Shown piece by piece: positions 16,950 through 25,576 of a stretch of 32,000 nt of DNA. A program made the position numbers and the translations under genes. Position 1 is the stretch's first letter. Each line of letters starts with the position of its first letter. This stretch comes from Ignicoccus pacificus DSM 13166. GTDB lineage: Archaea; Thermoproteota; Thermoprotei_A; Sulfolobales; Ignicoccaceae. The stretch lies in NCBI GenBank assembly GCA_025340205.1, contig CP006868.1, positions 1,140,001-1,172,000 on the forward strand. Direction: 5' to 3'. Below the pieces are notes generated by a model, which worked only from the letters and a program-made list of their open reading frames with translations, did no database searches and was not told the origin of the DNA.

Positions 16950-17072
16950 ATGGAGAAAGAGGGTAAAAAAGAGAAAAAGGATGAACGAGGACTCCCTATA
17001 ATTAAACGATACGCTATCAGCACACCAGCAAGGGACCCCTTCGAGAATAAAGACGAAGAAGAGGAAGCATAG
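16950..17072 (+). CDS. Small highly charged protein (40 aa), uncertain
   Basis: ATG ORF 'MEKEGKKEKKDERGLPIIKRYAISTPARDPFENKDEEEEA'; absent from the supplied track because of length. Confidence 0.3.
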   Translation: MEKEGKKEKKDERGLPIIKRYAISTPARDPFENKDEEEEA

Positions 17073-17074
17073 CT

Positions 17075-18193
17075 CTATTTGAAAGTTAGCACTGCCCAGA
17101 GTACTTGAAAGAGAGTCAAAACGAAAAGATATATGTTAAGCATAAACTCTTGCAAGGACCTCGTTCTATCCAGCAACTCCGCCATTGACGAGATGAAGCT
17201 CCTAAGATATTCAATATCGTTTCGAAATGTCTCTATTACATCCATTATGCGAACGATCTCAGTCTTCAAATCATCCAGAGTATCTCTCGGTATCTCTAAA
17301 TCATCTATATAGCTGAGGTATTCTCTTACTTGTAACAGGTAATTTTGGAGGTTGTATATGATTGTAGTTGTTGAGTACAACAAATCATCCGCAAAATCTT
17401 TTACCATACTAAGCTTCATGCTAAGGGTCTTCGGTCTACCGGGGTGGAGAAGATTTAGAAGTACTGAGGCCTCGGATACCTTGAGGACCTCTCTTAGGTA
17501 ATAATTATCTATAGGACTCCATACTCTCATTTCAAATTCCGTCTTAAAGAAGCACGAAGGGGAGAACATTACATATTCTTTGAACCCTTTCCTCTCTGGA
17601 ATACATAGACAATCAAAGGTAAGCTCTTCAACCACATCTCTATGTTCAGGAGAGAGCGCTCCAAGAAACATGTTGTATTTAAGAGTACTGAAGAAGAGTA
17701 TATCTTCGACTATATAGTTATTAGAGGACCTCGGAGGAAGGAGAACGTATGTCGTCTTAAACAGTTTTCCATAGGAGTAGAGCAACTCTTCGATTATTTT
17801 GTCATTATATATTTTCCTATCAGTAGTAAAAAATATTGGAGTTCTTAGACGAAGCCTATACTCGGTCTCGACAGGTAACCAACTTCCTATCCTCTGGAAG
17901 TACGTTTTTTGATCACTAGCACGATCAGTATAGATAATAATTGAATAGGGAGAAAGGAGAGAGAGTGAAACTGCCTTTAGATTACCCCTCGCACATCGAA
18001 TAATTTCATTCATAGGAAGTGCTCCAACGCGGGTTACTTCATTCGCTATACTCGCCCTCAAATCCTTTGGAATTCTGCGCAAATCCTCATCTTTAACAAT
18101 ATCAAGTAAAGTATCAACATTAGTATATTCTAGCTCAAATTCTTTGCTTCTATTGCGTTCATAATCGCCTATTATCTTAACTTTTAGATTCAT
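17075..18193 (-). CDS. Uncharacterised protein with C-terminal coiled coil and terminal TM helix
   Basis: Internal ATG at 18193 ('MNLKVKIIGDYERNRSKEF') preferred over the 18298 start; C-terminal 'LQNYLLQVREYLSYIDDL...LKTEIVRIMDVIETFRNDIEYLRSFISSMAELLDRTRSLQEFMLNIYLFVLTLFQVLWAVLTFK'. Confidence 0.6.
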   Translation of the reverse strand: MNLKVKIIGDYERNRSKEFELEYTNVDTLLDIVKDEDLRRIPKDLRASIANEVTRVGALPMNEIIRCARGNLKAVSLSLLSPYSIIIYTDRASDQKTYFQRIGSWLPVETEYRLRLRTPIFFTTDRKIYNDKIIEELLYSYGKLFKTTYVLLPPRSSNNYIVEDILFFSTLKYNMFLGALSPEHRDVVEELTFDCLCIPERKGFKEYVMFSPSCFFKTEFEMRVWSPIDNYYLREVLKVSEASVLLNLLHPGRPKTLSMKLSMVKDFADDLLYSTTTIIYNLQNYLLQVREYLSYIDDLEIPRDTLDDLKTEIVRIMDVIETFRNDIEYLRSFISSMAELLDRTRSLQEFMLNIYLFVLTLFQVLWAVLTFK

Positions 18194-18329
18194 AATTTCA
18201 CATGAAGGAAAACAACTCAGAATTAATAGAGAATTCAAGCTCATGGGACTGTTAATCTTCCTTTCCGAACCATTCCATATAAAAGCAGCCGCGATCATGA
18301 GCTACCTCTTTCATCCTAGCAGTTTGTTG

Positions 18330-18626
18330 AAGAGTGATACCACGAATTCCCCGATGTTCTTCTAGTTCTCGTCCAGCTGCTTGCAGATGATAGTTACTTT
18401 TTCATGTTTGAACTTTGGAACGTATTGATCCTTGTATCCTTTGTGAAAGGTAAAAGATGACGTCGGAGCGGCTCCTAAGGCCTAGTTCTCGCTTGAGGTT
18501 CTTGAGGAGCTGATATGCTTCTTGTGAGAAGGGAACGTTCACGTATCTCCTTGAAGAGCTGCTAGTTAGTTGAGAGCTATCGCTCGAGCTCATGAGATCA
18601 CCTCGAGGAACCCATAGCTTTCCCAT
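18330..18626 (-). pseudogene. Frameshifted ribbon-helix-helix-like protein
   Basis: ORF 18402-18626 has 'RRYVNVPFSQEAYQLLKNLKRELGLRSRSDVIFYLSQR'. After that another frame reads 'GYKDQYVPKFKHEKVTIICKQLDEN*KNIGEFVVSLFNKLLG*', indicating a frameshift plus a nonsense codon. Confidence 0.5.
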
Positions 18627-18750
18627 AGGATCATGGGAGACGTCTTGGAACTCGCTATAACTTTTCCGTGAATGTTATGAGAGAAATCGTTGAACTCTAA
18701 ATGAGTATTAAATGAAACTCTCAATGGGGGACTGTCAATTCTTGATGGTA

Positions 18751-19011
18751 CTATACCGTACCATTAATTATTGAGTTTATCATACTCATTATACTTCCCT
18801 CGTACTTATTGTACGTCCTATGATTTATTCCCAGCTCATTAAAGATGAAATTTCTCGCATAAGCTATTGCTTCTATTATTAACATCGGAGACAACAAGTA
18901 AATTACGTTTGAGAAGCTCACATTAAATTTCATCATACTTCTAATGACGTACCCAATAGCTCCTTCAATAGAATCCCTCTTCTTTATGCCTTTGATTACA
19001 TGATGTTTCAA
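18751..19011 (-). CDS. IS6-like transposase C-terminal part (OrfB), copy B
   Basis: 86-aa protein identical to the one at 16109-16369. Confidence 0.8.
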   Translation of the reverse strand: MKHHVIKGIKKRDSIEGAIGYVIRSMMKFNVSFSNVIYLLSPMLIIEAIAYARNFIFNELGINHRTYNKYEGSIMSMINSIINGTV

Positions 19012-19430
19012 GCCCAGTTCTTTATCACGTTGTATTGCTTAGCACCATCGGTAATTATTCTCCTAATTCCTAACCTCCTAAGCTTCTTAATTACTCTCTT
19101 CACCGCTTTAGAGCTCTTCCTTTTGCTTAAATAGACTAGCGCATAATTTCTATTAGCTTCATCAAAAGCTACAAAAAGGTAAACGTAATAGCTATTTAAC
19201 TTTATCATTGTATCATCTAGGTGAACTTCATTTGAGAAGTGATTCTCATTTAATCTCCTCATCTTGAATCCGAACTTCCTGACATATTTCCTAATAGTTT
19301 CATGAGATATCCTTAGCTTGAATATTTCCTTTATAGCTATCGAGGATTTCCTTAGGGATAGGCCTAAGATGTAGAACAATATTGATGCATTAATCACTTC
19401 TTTTGGCTTCATTGGTCCCTTTGGCGGCAT
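19008..19430 (-). CDS. IS6-like transposase N-terminal part (OrfA), copy B
   Basis: 140-aa protein identical to the one at 15690-16112. Confidence 0.85.
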   Translation of the reverse strand: MPPKGPMKPKEVINASILFYILGLSLRKSSIAIKEIFKLRISHETIRKYVRKFGFKMRRLNENHFSNEVHLDDTMIKLNSYYVYLFVAFDEANRNYALVYLSKRKSSKAVKRVIKKLRRLGIRRIITDGAKQYNVIKNWA

Positions 19431-19583
19431 TATTACAATTCCAATTTAGTATTATCAAAAGGAGTAATTAGTTTTAATGAAATGGATCGATATCGAAGAG
19501 TTGACAGTCCCAAAACGACTTAGCGGGCTTGACTTGGCCCTAAGAGTCATTACACGTTTATCATTTCTCCATCTGAAAGCCAA

Positions 19584-20200
19584 GTGGGTTGGACGCGAGC
19601 TCCTTGCATTTTTTTTTTTTTATCGCTTAAAATCCTCCTAAGACGGTATACTGTCTTGTCCCTCCTTGAGGAACTCCAAAGGAAGGCAAACGAGGAAAGG
19701 AAATACCCAAACGATCAAGAGTTCTTGGAAAGAAAGGCAATAGATGTTATCTATGAAATGCTCAAAGCTAAGGAACTACTCGAAAAGGGAGATACCAGAA
19801 ATGCAGCTGGCAAGGCCTTCCAAGCTTGGAAGGATCTGCTTTCATGCTTGATCTACTTGAACTTGGATAAGCTAGCTAAAGATGAGAAGGAGAAAGAGTG
19901 GTATCTCAAAAGGGAATAATGGTTCCAACTACCAAAATGCAGCCCTTGGCGTTGAAACTAGAGGAGCTAGGCTTCAAGGGGATCTCTTCTTGGAGTGATA
20001 AAGCTCTACTTCTCCACAACTACCAGTACAACGGACCGGATCCAGTCAACTACTACGGAGGGATCGTAAGCGAAGAGGTCGCAAAGGAGTACGTGAAGCT
20101 ATTGCTCAAGGCTACTAAGGATTACTTGGAGAGGTATGTTCTTCCTCATATCAAAGGGAAGAGCTTGGAGATGATAAGGGAAGGGCTGAAGCTGATTTAA
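19584..20200 (+). pseudogene. PaREP1/HEPN-like protein split by a frameshift
   Basis: ORF 19584-19919 (real start probably a downstream TTG) ends '...DEKEKEWYLKRE*'; ORF 19898-20200 in the -1 frame continues 'KGIMVPTTKMQPLALKLEELGF..SWSDKALLLHNYQYNGPDPVNYYGG...'. Junction in CTCAAAAGGG. Confidence 0.65.
19609..19621. repeat. Poly-T run (13 nt)
   Basis: Direct reading: ...TTGCA followed by 13 T then ATCGC. Confidence 0.9.
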
Positions 20201-20210
20201 GGATAAAATC

Positions 20211-21644
20211 TCAGTACGTTTTCGCTAGCCTTACTATGACCTTCGCCTCCCTTCCACACGTTATGCACCTCTTCCCCTTCACCTTCGCGTCCTTGTCTAA
20301 AGGCATCCCCAGCACCCTTCCGACCTCTTCGTCCATCCTCAATCCACATTCCTTCCTTCCGCACCAGGGGACTTCCACAACCATCCTCTTCTCGACTAGC
20401 TCCTTCGCCTCCTCTAGGTCATCCGTCTGAACGATCCTTGACCTCATGAACTCCCATGCCTTTTCCTTGATATTGTTGAAGAACTCCTCGCTCATCTCCT
20501 TCAGCTTTTGATCTAGCTCCTCCCTCTTCACTTTGGTTCTCTTCCTTATGTCCCTCCTGGCTACGGTTAGCTCCCCTTCCAGCTCCCTCTTGCCTATCTC
20601 TATCCTGAAGGGAACTCCCTTCAGCTCCCACTCGTAGTACTTGTGTCCAGGGGTCTTGTCGTCCCTATCGTCTAGTACCACCCTCCATCCCTTCTCCTTT
20701 AACCCCTCGGTAATTTCCTTAGCTACTTCCCTCACCTTCTTGTCCAGTTCCTCGTCCTTCTGAGGTATTGGAATCACTACCACTTGGATCGGAGCGACCT
20801 TTGGAGGTAGCACTAGTCCCCTGTCGTCTCCGTGGACGGCTATCAAAGCGGCTATTATTCTGTCAGAAATTCCGTAGGAGGTCTGCCAAGCGTAGTCCAC
20901 CTCCTCGTCCTTCCTCTGGAACCTAACCTCGAAGGGTATGGTGAAGTTCTGGCCCAAGTGGTGAACCGTTCCTATCTGCAGAACCCTTCCGTCCGGCATT
21001 ACGGTGTCGAAGGCCACGGTGTAGAGGGCTCCCGCGAACCTGTCCCAAGAGGGCCTCATGTTTATCATATAAGGAATTCCCAATTCATCATAAATCCTCT
21101 TGTAGATCTCAATCGCTTCCTTGCATTGCTTGTCAGCGTCTTCAAAGCTTTCATGGGCGGTGTGGGCCTCCTTGAAGGTGCTTACCTCCCTCAGCCTTAT
21201 GAGGGGCCTAGTGGCCTTGGTCTCATAACGATAAACGGGAACTATTTGGTAAAGCTTCATTGGTAGTTGCTTGTAGCTGCTTATCCAGAAGCTCTCCATG
21301 TAGCTTATGGCCGTCTCGCTCGTTGGCCTCAGCGCCAAGGGTATGTCAAGCTCTTCATGACCTCCCTTGGTAACCCAGTAGACCTCTCCCTCGAATCCCC
21401 TTATGTGCTCAGTTTCCTTTTCGAGCAAGGTTTTGGGAATGAGTACGGGGAAGAGGACCTCCTCGTGGCCGGTCTCATCCAATATCCTTCGAACTATGTT
21501 GTCTAGAACTAATCTCCTCAGCTTGAAGCCGAAGGGCATCCAAACTCCCATTCCCTTAACGGGGTATCTTCCGTAGTCGTAGAGACCGCTCTCCCTTAGT
21601 ACTGTATCGTACCACTCGCTGAAGTTGCTCTTATCCAGCTTCAT
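20211..21644 (-). CDS. proS: Prolyl-tRNA synthetase
   Basis: '[18 protein letters not shown]', '[37 protein letters not shown]', '[23 protein letters not shown]'; C-terminal Cys pairs '[10 protein letters not shown]...[12 protein letters not shown]'. Confidence 0.96.
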   Translation of the reverse strand: MKLDKSNFSEWYDTVLRESGLYDYGRYPVKGMGVWMPFGFKLRRLVLDNIVRRILDETGHEEVLFPVLIPKTLLEKETEHIRGFEGEVYWVTKGGHEELDIPLALRPTSETAISYMESFWISSYKQLPMKLYQIVPVYRYETKATRPLIRLREVSTFKEAHTAHESFEDADKQCKEAIEIYKRIYDELGIPYMINMRPSWDRFAGALYTVAFDTVMPDGRVLQIGTVHHLGQNFTIPFEVRFQRKDEEVDYAWQTSYGISDRIIAALIAVHGDDRGLVLPPKVAPIQVVVIPIPQKDEELDKKVREVAKEITEGLKEKGWRVVLDDRDDKTPGHKYYEWELKGVPFRIEIGKRELEGELTVARRDIRKRTKVKREELDQKLKEMSEEFFNNIKEKAWEFMRSRIVQTDDLEEAKELVEKRMVVEVPWCGRKECGLRMDEEVGRVLGMPLDKDAKVKGKRCITCGREAKVIVRLAKTY

Positions 21645-21710
21645 CGTAATGCCCCGCTCTGGAAGGAAGGGAGAAGTTTTGAAGAATAGCTAGCAGATGT
21701 AAAGTCCTAA

Positions 21711-23216
21711 TTGGAAGAGCGAGGGGGTACAGCTGTGCAAGAGGTCACCTTACCGGAAATAGAATATGAGATAGTAAAGTTGCTATACGAGAAGGAAGAG
21801 ATGGACGTGGACGAGCTAGCGAAGCTCTTGGAAAGGAAAAGGGAGGACCTAATGAGGTACTTGGCAGAGCTCGAGCTGAAGAGGCTTATCGAGACGGTCC
21901 ACCTAACTCAGAGCTTCGGAGAGCTGAGCGAGAAGGGAAGAGCCTATTTGGAGAGACCTCTCCCAGAGGAGGTCTTGCTGGAAAGGCTTGAAGGAAAGGA
22001 AGTTCCCATGAAGGAGCTTAGGGAGGGCCTCAGCAAGGACGAGTTCTCCGCGGCATTGGGAAGACTGAAGAGGTTTGGAGTAATCGAAATAGTTAAGGGG
22101 AAGGCCAGGATAAAGGAAATACCGGAGAGCTTTAAGGAGTACGTTCAGAAGCTGAAGGCTTGCTTGAGGGACTTCTCCTCTCCTAAGCCTCTTGAAGGGA
22201 AGGAGGAGTGCTTCAAGCTTCTGAAGGAGAGAGGATTTATCAAAGTAGAAAAGAGGAAGAGGATAATAGTCAAGATAACGGAAAGAGCAAAGGAATTGAT
22301 GAGTAAGGGACTAATAAAGAAGGAGAACATAGTTACGAAGCTAACCCCTGAGCTCATCATTACCGGAAAGTGGAGGGAAGTAAAGCTAAAGAAGTTCGAC
22401 TTCAGCGTGGAGGTTCCAGCCAGGAGAGCTGCTAGAAGGCACCCCCTAATGGAGCTTTACGAGCAAGTGAGGGAGATACTGATCTCCATGGGGTTTGAGG
22501 AGGCTAGGGGCAACTTCGTGGAGCAGGCCCTCTGGAACTTCGACGTCCTCCTGGTACCTCAGTACCACCCAGCTAGGTATGAGACCGACGTATTCTACGT
22601 TGAGAACGCTAAGCTCCCGGAGCCTCCTAAGGACGTCATCGAGAGGACGAAGGAGGAGCACGAGAAGCTCTACCGCTACACTTGGAGGGCTGAGGAGGCT
22701 CTGAGGCTCTTGTTGAGGACCCACACCACCGCAGTATCCGCCAGGGAGATGTATAAGAGAAAGGGAGGTGAGTACAGGGTATTCTCATTAGATAGAGTCT
22801 TCAGGTCGGAGACTTTAGACCCAACCCACTCAATGGAGTTCCACCAGCTGGAGGGAATAGTCGTCGGGAAGAACGTTAAGTTCGACGACCTTCTGGGCTT
22901 CTTCGTGGAGTTCGCCAAGAAGATGGGGCTGGGAGAGGTGAAGTTCAAGCCCGCCTACTTCCCCTTCACGGAGCCTTCGGTGGAGGGCTTCATCAAGCAT
23001 CCCAAGCTGGGATGGGTGGAGGTCTTCCCCGGAGGAGTGTTCAGACCCGGCTTGCTAAGGGCTGTGGGAATAGATCCTAAGGAGTACAACGTTATAGCTT
23101 GGGGAATAGGTATAGACAGGTTAGCAATGCTGATGTTAGAACTGGACGACATAAGGGATCTCTACAGCAACAACTTGGCGGTAATTCACAAACAGAGACG
23201 ACCATTCTTATTATAA
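21711..23216 (+). CDS. pheS: Phenylalanyl-tRNA synthetase alpha subunit
   Basis: 'HPLMELYEQVREILISMGFEEARGNFVEQALWNFDVLLVPQYHPAR', 'HTTAVSAREMY', 'HQLEGIVVGKNVKFDDL', 'GWVEVFPGGVFRPGLL..GIDP...AWGIGIDRLAML'. Confidence 0.95.
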   Translation: MEERGGTAVQEVTLPEIEYEIVKLLYEKEEMDVDELAKLLERKREDLMRYLAELELKRLIETVHLTQSFGELSEKGRAYLERPLPEEVLLERLEGKEVPMKELREGLSKDEFSAALGRLKRFGVIEIVKGKARIKEIPESFKEYVQKLKACLRDFSSPKPLEGKEECFKLLKERGFIKVEKRKRIIVKITERAKELMSKGLIKKENIVTKLTPELIITGKWREVKLKKFDFSVEVPARRAARRHPLMELYEQVREILISMGFEEARGNFVEQALWNFDVLLVPQYHPARYETDVFYVENAKLPEPPKDVIERTKEEHEKLYRYTWRAEEALRLLLRTHTTAVSAREMYKRKGGEYRVFSLDRVFRSETLDPTHSMEFHQLEGIVVGKNVKFDDLLGFFVEFAKKMGLGEVKFKPAYFPFTEPSVEGFIKHPKLGWVEVFPGGVFRPGLLRAVGIDPKEYNVIAWGIGIDRLAMLMLELDDIRDLYSNNLAVIHKQRRPFLL

Positions 23217-23247
23217 AACCCTACACGCCAGACCAAGCGGTCTGAGA

Positions 23248-24447
23248 ATGAGGGCGTGGTTACTCCTACTGGTCTTTGCGGTCTTGGCGCATTCCTCGAT
23301 AATTTCATATAGGGTATTGAACCTTTACGAGGGAAAGAGCTGCGCTTTTATCTTCAGGGTAGACGACGTAAATCCTTGCAAGAACGTGACCATAGGCCCC
23401 AACGGCTGGTACGATCCCTTCTTGGTCTCCAACTTAACGAGGGAGTACAAGATAAAGACGGTCTGGGGCGTGATAACTTCCGGAGGACCACACTACGCCG
23501 GAAAGGTATTGTCTTGTAGGTTTAGATGGAGGAATTATCTGAAGATGTTGAGCGACTTCGATGAAATAGCTTCCCATAGCAGATGGCACCTAACTCCTCA
23601 TAAGAGGAAGATCCTTAACTTAACCGAGGCCGACATCATAGGGAGCTATTACGATCTTGTGGATCAAGGACTTCATGTAATAACGTTCATATGGCCTTAC
23701 GGAGCCTTCAACGCTGAGCAAGCAAAAATAGCTCACGAGAAGTTCCTAATCCTGATGGGAACTTGGGCGGCAAACCCTCAGAAGATTTTGTGGACCTTGT
23801 TCAACGCGCCTAAGATCAGCGCTACGAGGGCTACCATAATGTTCGGAGGCAACGTGCCTCTATGGAAGATAAGGAAACCCCTAGAGAACTGCATAGCTCA
23901 CGGTGGTGCCGTAGTCCTCATCACCCATCCGCACAACACCGCTTTTAAGAGCCCACAAGTAGCGCGAGAGACGCTAACGAAAATCTTCAAACTGGTTAAC
24001 TCATTGAGGGACAAGCTTTGGATAACCACTCCAGGAGAGGTGTTCAGCTACCACGAGATAGCGGTTCACGCCAACCTCACCGAGGTAAGTCCGGATTCAT
24101 TGATCATAAGGGTAAACAACTTCACTTACTCAAATAGGCTGTTTAACGTACCAATAAGCTTGGAAGTAATTGTTACTTCGAGGCCTAAGGAGGTTCTGGT
24201 CAACGGGACCGAGCTTCCTCACGTAGAAAAGGCCTTTAGCGACATAGGGAACAAGAGCTCCCCCAACGTCGGCTGGCACTACTCCGGAGAGGGACCCTAT
24301 ACCATAACTATGGACGTGCTGGCGAAGCCGGGGAAGGTCTACTCGATAAGGATCCTCGAGGAGCCAAGTACTTCCCTCTATACTCCACTCATAGCTCTCC
24401 TAGCCCTACTGATGATACCATTAATAGAGAAGGTTAGGAGGAAATAG
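23248..24447 (+). CDS. Secreted, membrane-anchored polysaccharide deacetylase-like (NodB-fold) protein
   Basis: Signal peptide; NodB-like motifs 'FIFRVDDV', 'EIASHSRWHLT' (HxxxH), 'TFIWPYGAFN', 'VVLITHPHN'; C-terminal TM 'LYTPLIALLALLMIPLIEKVRRK'. Confidence 0.7.
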   Translation: MRAWLLLLVFAVLAHSSIISYRVLNLYEGKSCAFIFRVDDVNPCKNVTIGPNGWYDPFLVSNLTREYKIKTVWGVITSGGPHYAGKVLSCRFRWRNYLKMLSDFDEIASHSRWHLTPHKRKILNLTEADIIGSYYDLVDQGLHVITFIWPYGAFNAEQAKIAHEKFLILMGTWAANPQKILWTLFNAPKISATRATIMFGGNVPLWKIRKPLENCIAHGGAVVLITHPHNTAFKSPQVARETLTKIFKLVNSLRDKLWITTPGEVFSYHEIAVHANLTEVSPDSLIIRVNNFTYSNRLFNVPISLEVIVTSRPKEVLVNGTELPHVEKAFSDIGNKSSPNVGWHYSGEGPYTITMDVLAKPGKVYSIRILEEPSTSLYTPLIALLALLMIPLIEKVRRK

Positions 24448-24476
24448 GAAGAAGAGGGACGTTCTTTGGGGTTAGC

Positions 24477-25058
24477 TTGAGAGCCCACGTTCCTCTAGGC
24501 TTCGACGTGACCGCTCCGATATCATGCCTCTCCTCCAGCATTCCGGAGATAGAGGAGGTGTTCATTTACGTTCCCCAGAACAAGAACCCCAAGTCGCAAG
24601 AGGCGATAAACGCTCTGATGAGCTACTTGAGGGCTGTGGGAAAGTCCGGAAAAGTGATCGAGGTAAATCCTTGTTCAAAGAAGACCATAATGGAGATGGC
24701 GTTGAACCTCTCTGACAGGAACCTAATCTGCGGGGGCTCCGGGTTTAGGGCCATAGGCATAGAGCTTACCTTGGCTTGCTTGTTCACGAAGAGCAACTGC
24801 TTGCTAAGGGTTTCCTTGGAGGCAGGAGGGCCTTGCTTGGAGATGGAGCTGAAGGAGCTCTGGGAAGGGGACTTGGGAAGGAACGAGGCGATAGCCTTGG
24901 CCTACGCTATAGTGAACGGCAAGGTCTCCCCCAGCGAGCTTGAGGAGCTGGGCATGGGAAGAAAGACCGCTTGGAGGGTATTAAACAACTTAATTGATAA
25001 AGGATACTTAGTAAAGGTTGAGAGAGGTAGGTATGCTCCGCGCGCTTCTTCAGAGTAA
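24477..25058 (+). CDS. CARF-wHTH (Csa3-like) regulator candidate
   Basis: N-terminal Rossmann-like 'HVPLGFDVTAPISCL...EVFIYVPQN', 'LICGGSGFRAIGIELTLACLF' (CARF-like GG(T/S)xxxxxxxxxA), C-terminal wHTH 'VSPSELEELGMGRKTAWRVLNNLIDKGYLVKVERGRYAP'. Confidence 0.55.
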   Translation: MRAHVPLGFDVTAPISCLSSSIPEIEEVFIYVPQNKNPKSQEAINALMSYLRAVGKSGKVIEVNPCSKKTIMEMALNLSDRNLICGGSGFRAIGIELTLACLFTKSNCLLRVSLEAGGPCLEMELKELWEGDLGRNEAIALAYAIVNGKVSPSELEELGMGRKTAWRVLNNLIDKGYLVKVERGRYAPRASSE

Positions 25059-25093
25059 TACCCCTTCCTTGGAGATATCGCGGGCTCTGGACC

Positions 25094-25576
25094 TTGAGGG
25101 TCGCGGTGGCCGCTTGCGGTTGTGAGGGACCGGAGGAGCTGGGGAAGAGAGTAGCCTTGGGAGCGAAGGAGCTGGGCTTGGAACTAGCTCTGGGAGGATG
25201 CTGGGGCCTCATGGGGTCCGTGGTGAGGAACGCCCTGAAGGAAGGGGTGGAGGTAACGGTCTTCCTGCCGGCCGGAGCCGAGTGCATCTACAACGCTAAG
25301 ATAATAAAAACCAACATGACTCCCAATATGAGGAGCGTGCTCTTGGTCACCTCCTCCGATGCCCTCCTCGCCCTAGGAGGGGGAGCGGGAACAGTAATGG
25401 AGGTTTTCATGGCTTACAGGGAGAGGAAGCCGGTGGCCCTAATCAAGGGATATGGTATGGACAGCGACAAGTACTTCGAGATCATGAAGGACGGGGTGGA
25501 CTCGAGGGGACTTTCTCCAGTCAAGGCCTTCGAGGACCCTCTGGAGGCCCTTAGGTGGTTGAGGGGAATGGTATGA
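25094..25576 (+). CDS. SLOG-superfamily (LOG/TIGR00725-like) protein
   Basis: 'GGCWGLMGSVVRNALKEGVEVTVFLP', 'NMRSVLLVTSSDALLALGGGAGTVMEVFMAYRERKPVALIKGYG'. Confidence 0.8.
   Translation: MRVAVAACGCEGPEELGKRVALGAKELGLELALGGCWGLMGSVVRNALKEGVEVTVFLPAGAECIYNAKIIKTNMTPNMRSVLLVTSSDALLALGGGAGTVMEVFMAYRERKPVALIKGYGMDSDKYFEIMKDGVDSRGLSPVKAFEDPLEALRWLRGMV

Larger units (their letters stand above)
18728..19511 (-). mobile_element. IS6-family-like insertion sequence, copy B (784 bp), inverted relative to copy A
   Basis: Same TIRs (GGGACTGTCAATTCTT ... GACAGTCCC), same length and identical encoded ORFs; flanks CTCAATGG and AAAACGAC do not match, so no TSD. Confidence 0.9.

Noticed and set aside
16679-17023. 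Minus-strand 114-aa ORF
   Set aside because: Ser/Pro-rich shadow composition overlapping relE and the small plus-strand ORF; no recognisable domain.
15609-19511. Classical composite transposon with matched outer TSDs
   Set aside because: Outer flanks CTTGTGGA and AAAACGAC do not match, and copy A has its own complete TSD, so single-unit transposition is not supported.
19609-19621. Poly-T run as a definite archaeal terminator
   Set aside because: T-runs can terminate archaeal transcription, but the nearest upstream element is the IS end and no plus-strand transcript is established, so it is listed only as a repeat.
11000-20200. CRISPR array in the accessory region
   Set aside because: No regularly spaced direct repeats of 24-37 nt were seen; the only long repeats are the two IS copies.
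20832-21506. Plus-strand ORFs inside proS (20832-21266, 21267-21506)
   Set aside because: Antisense shadows of a strongly supported prolyl-tRNA synthetase gene.
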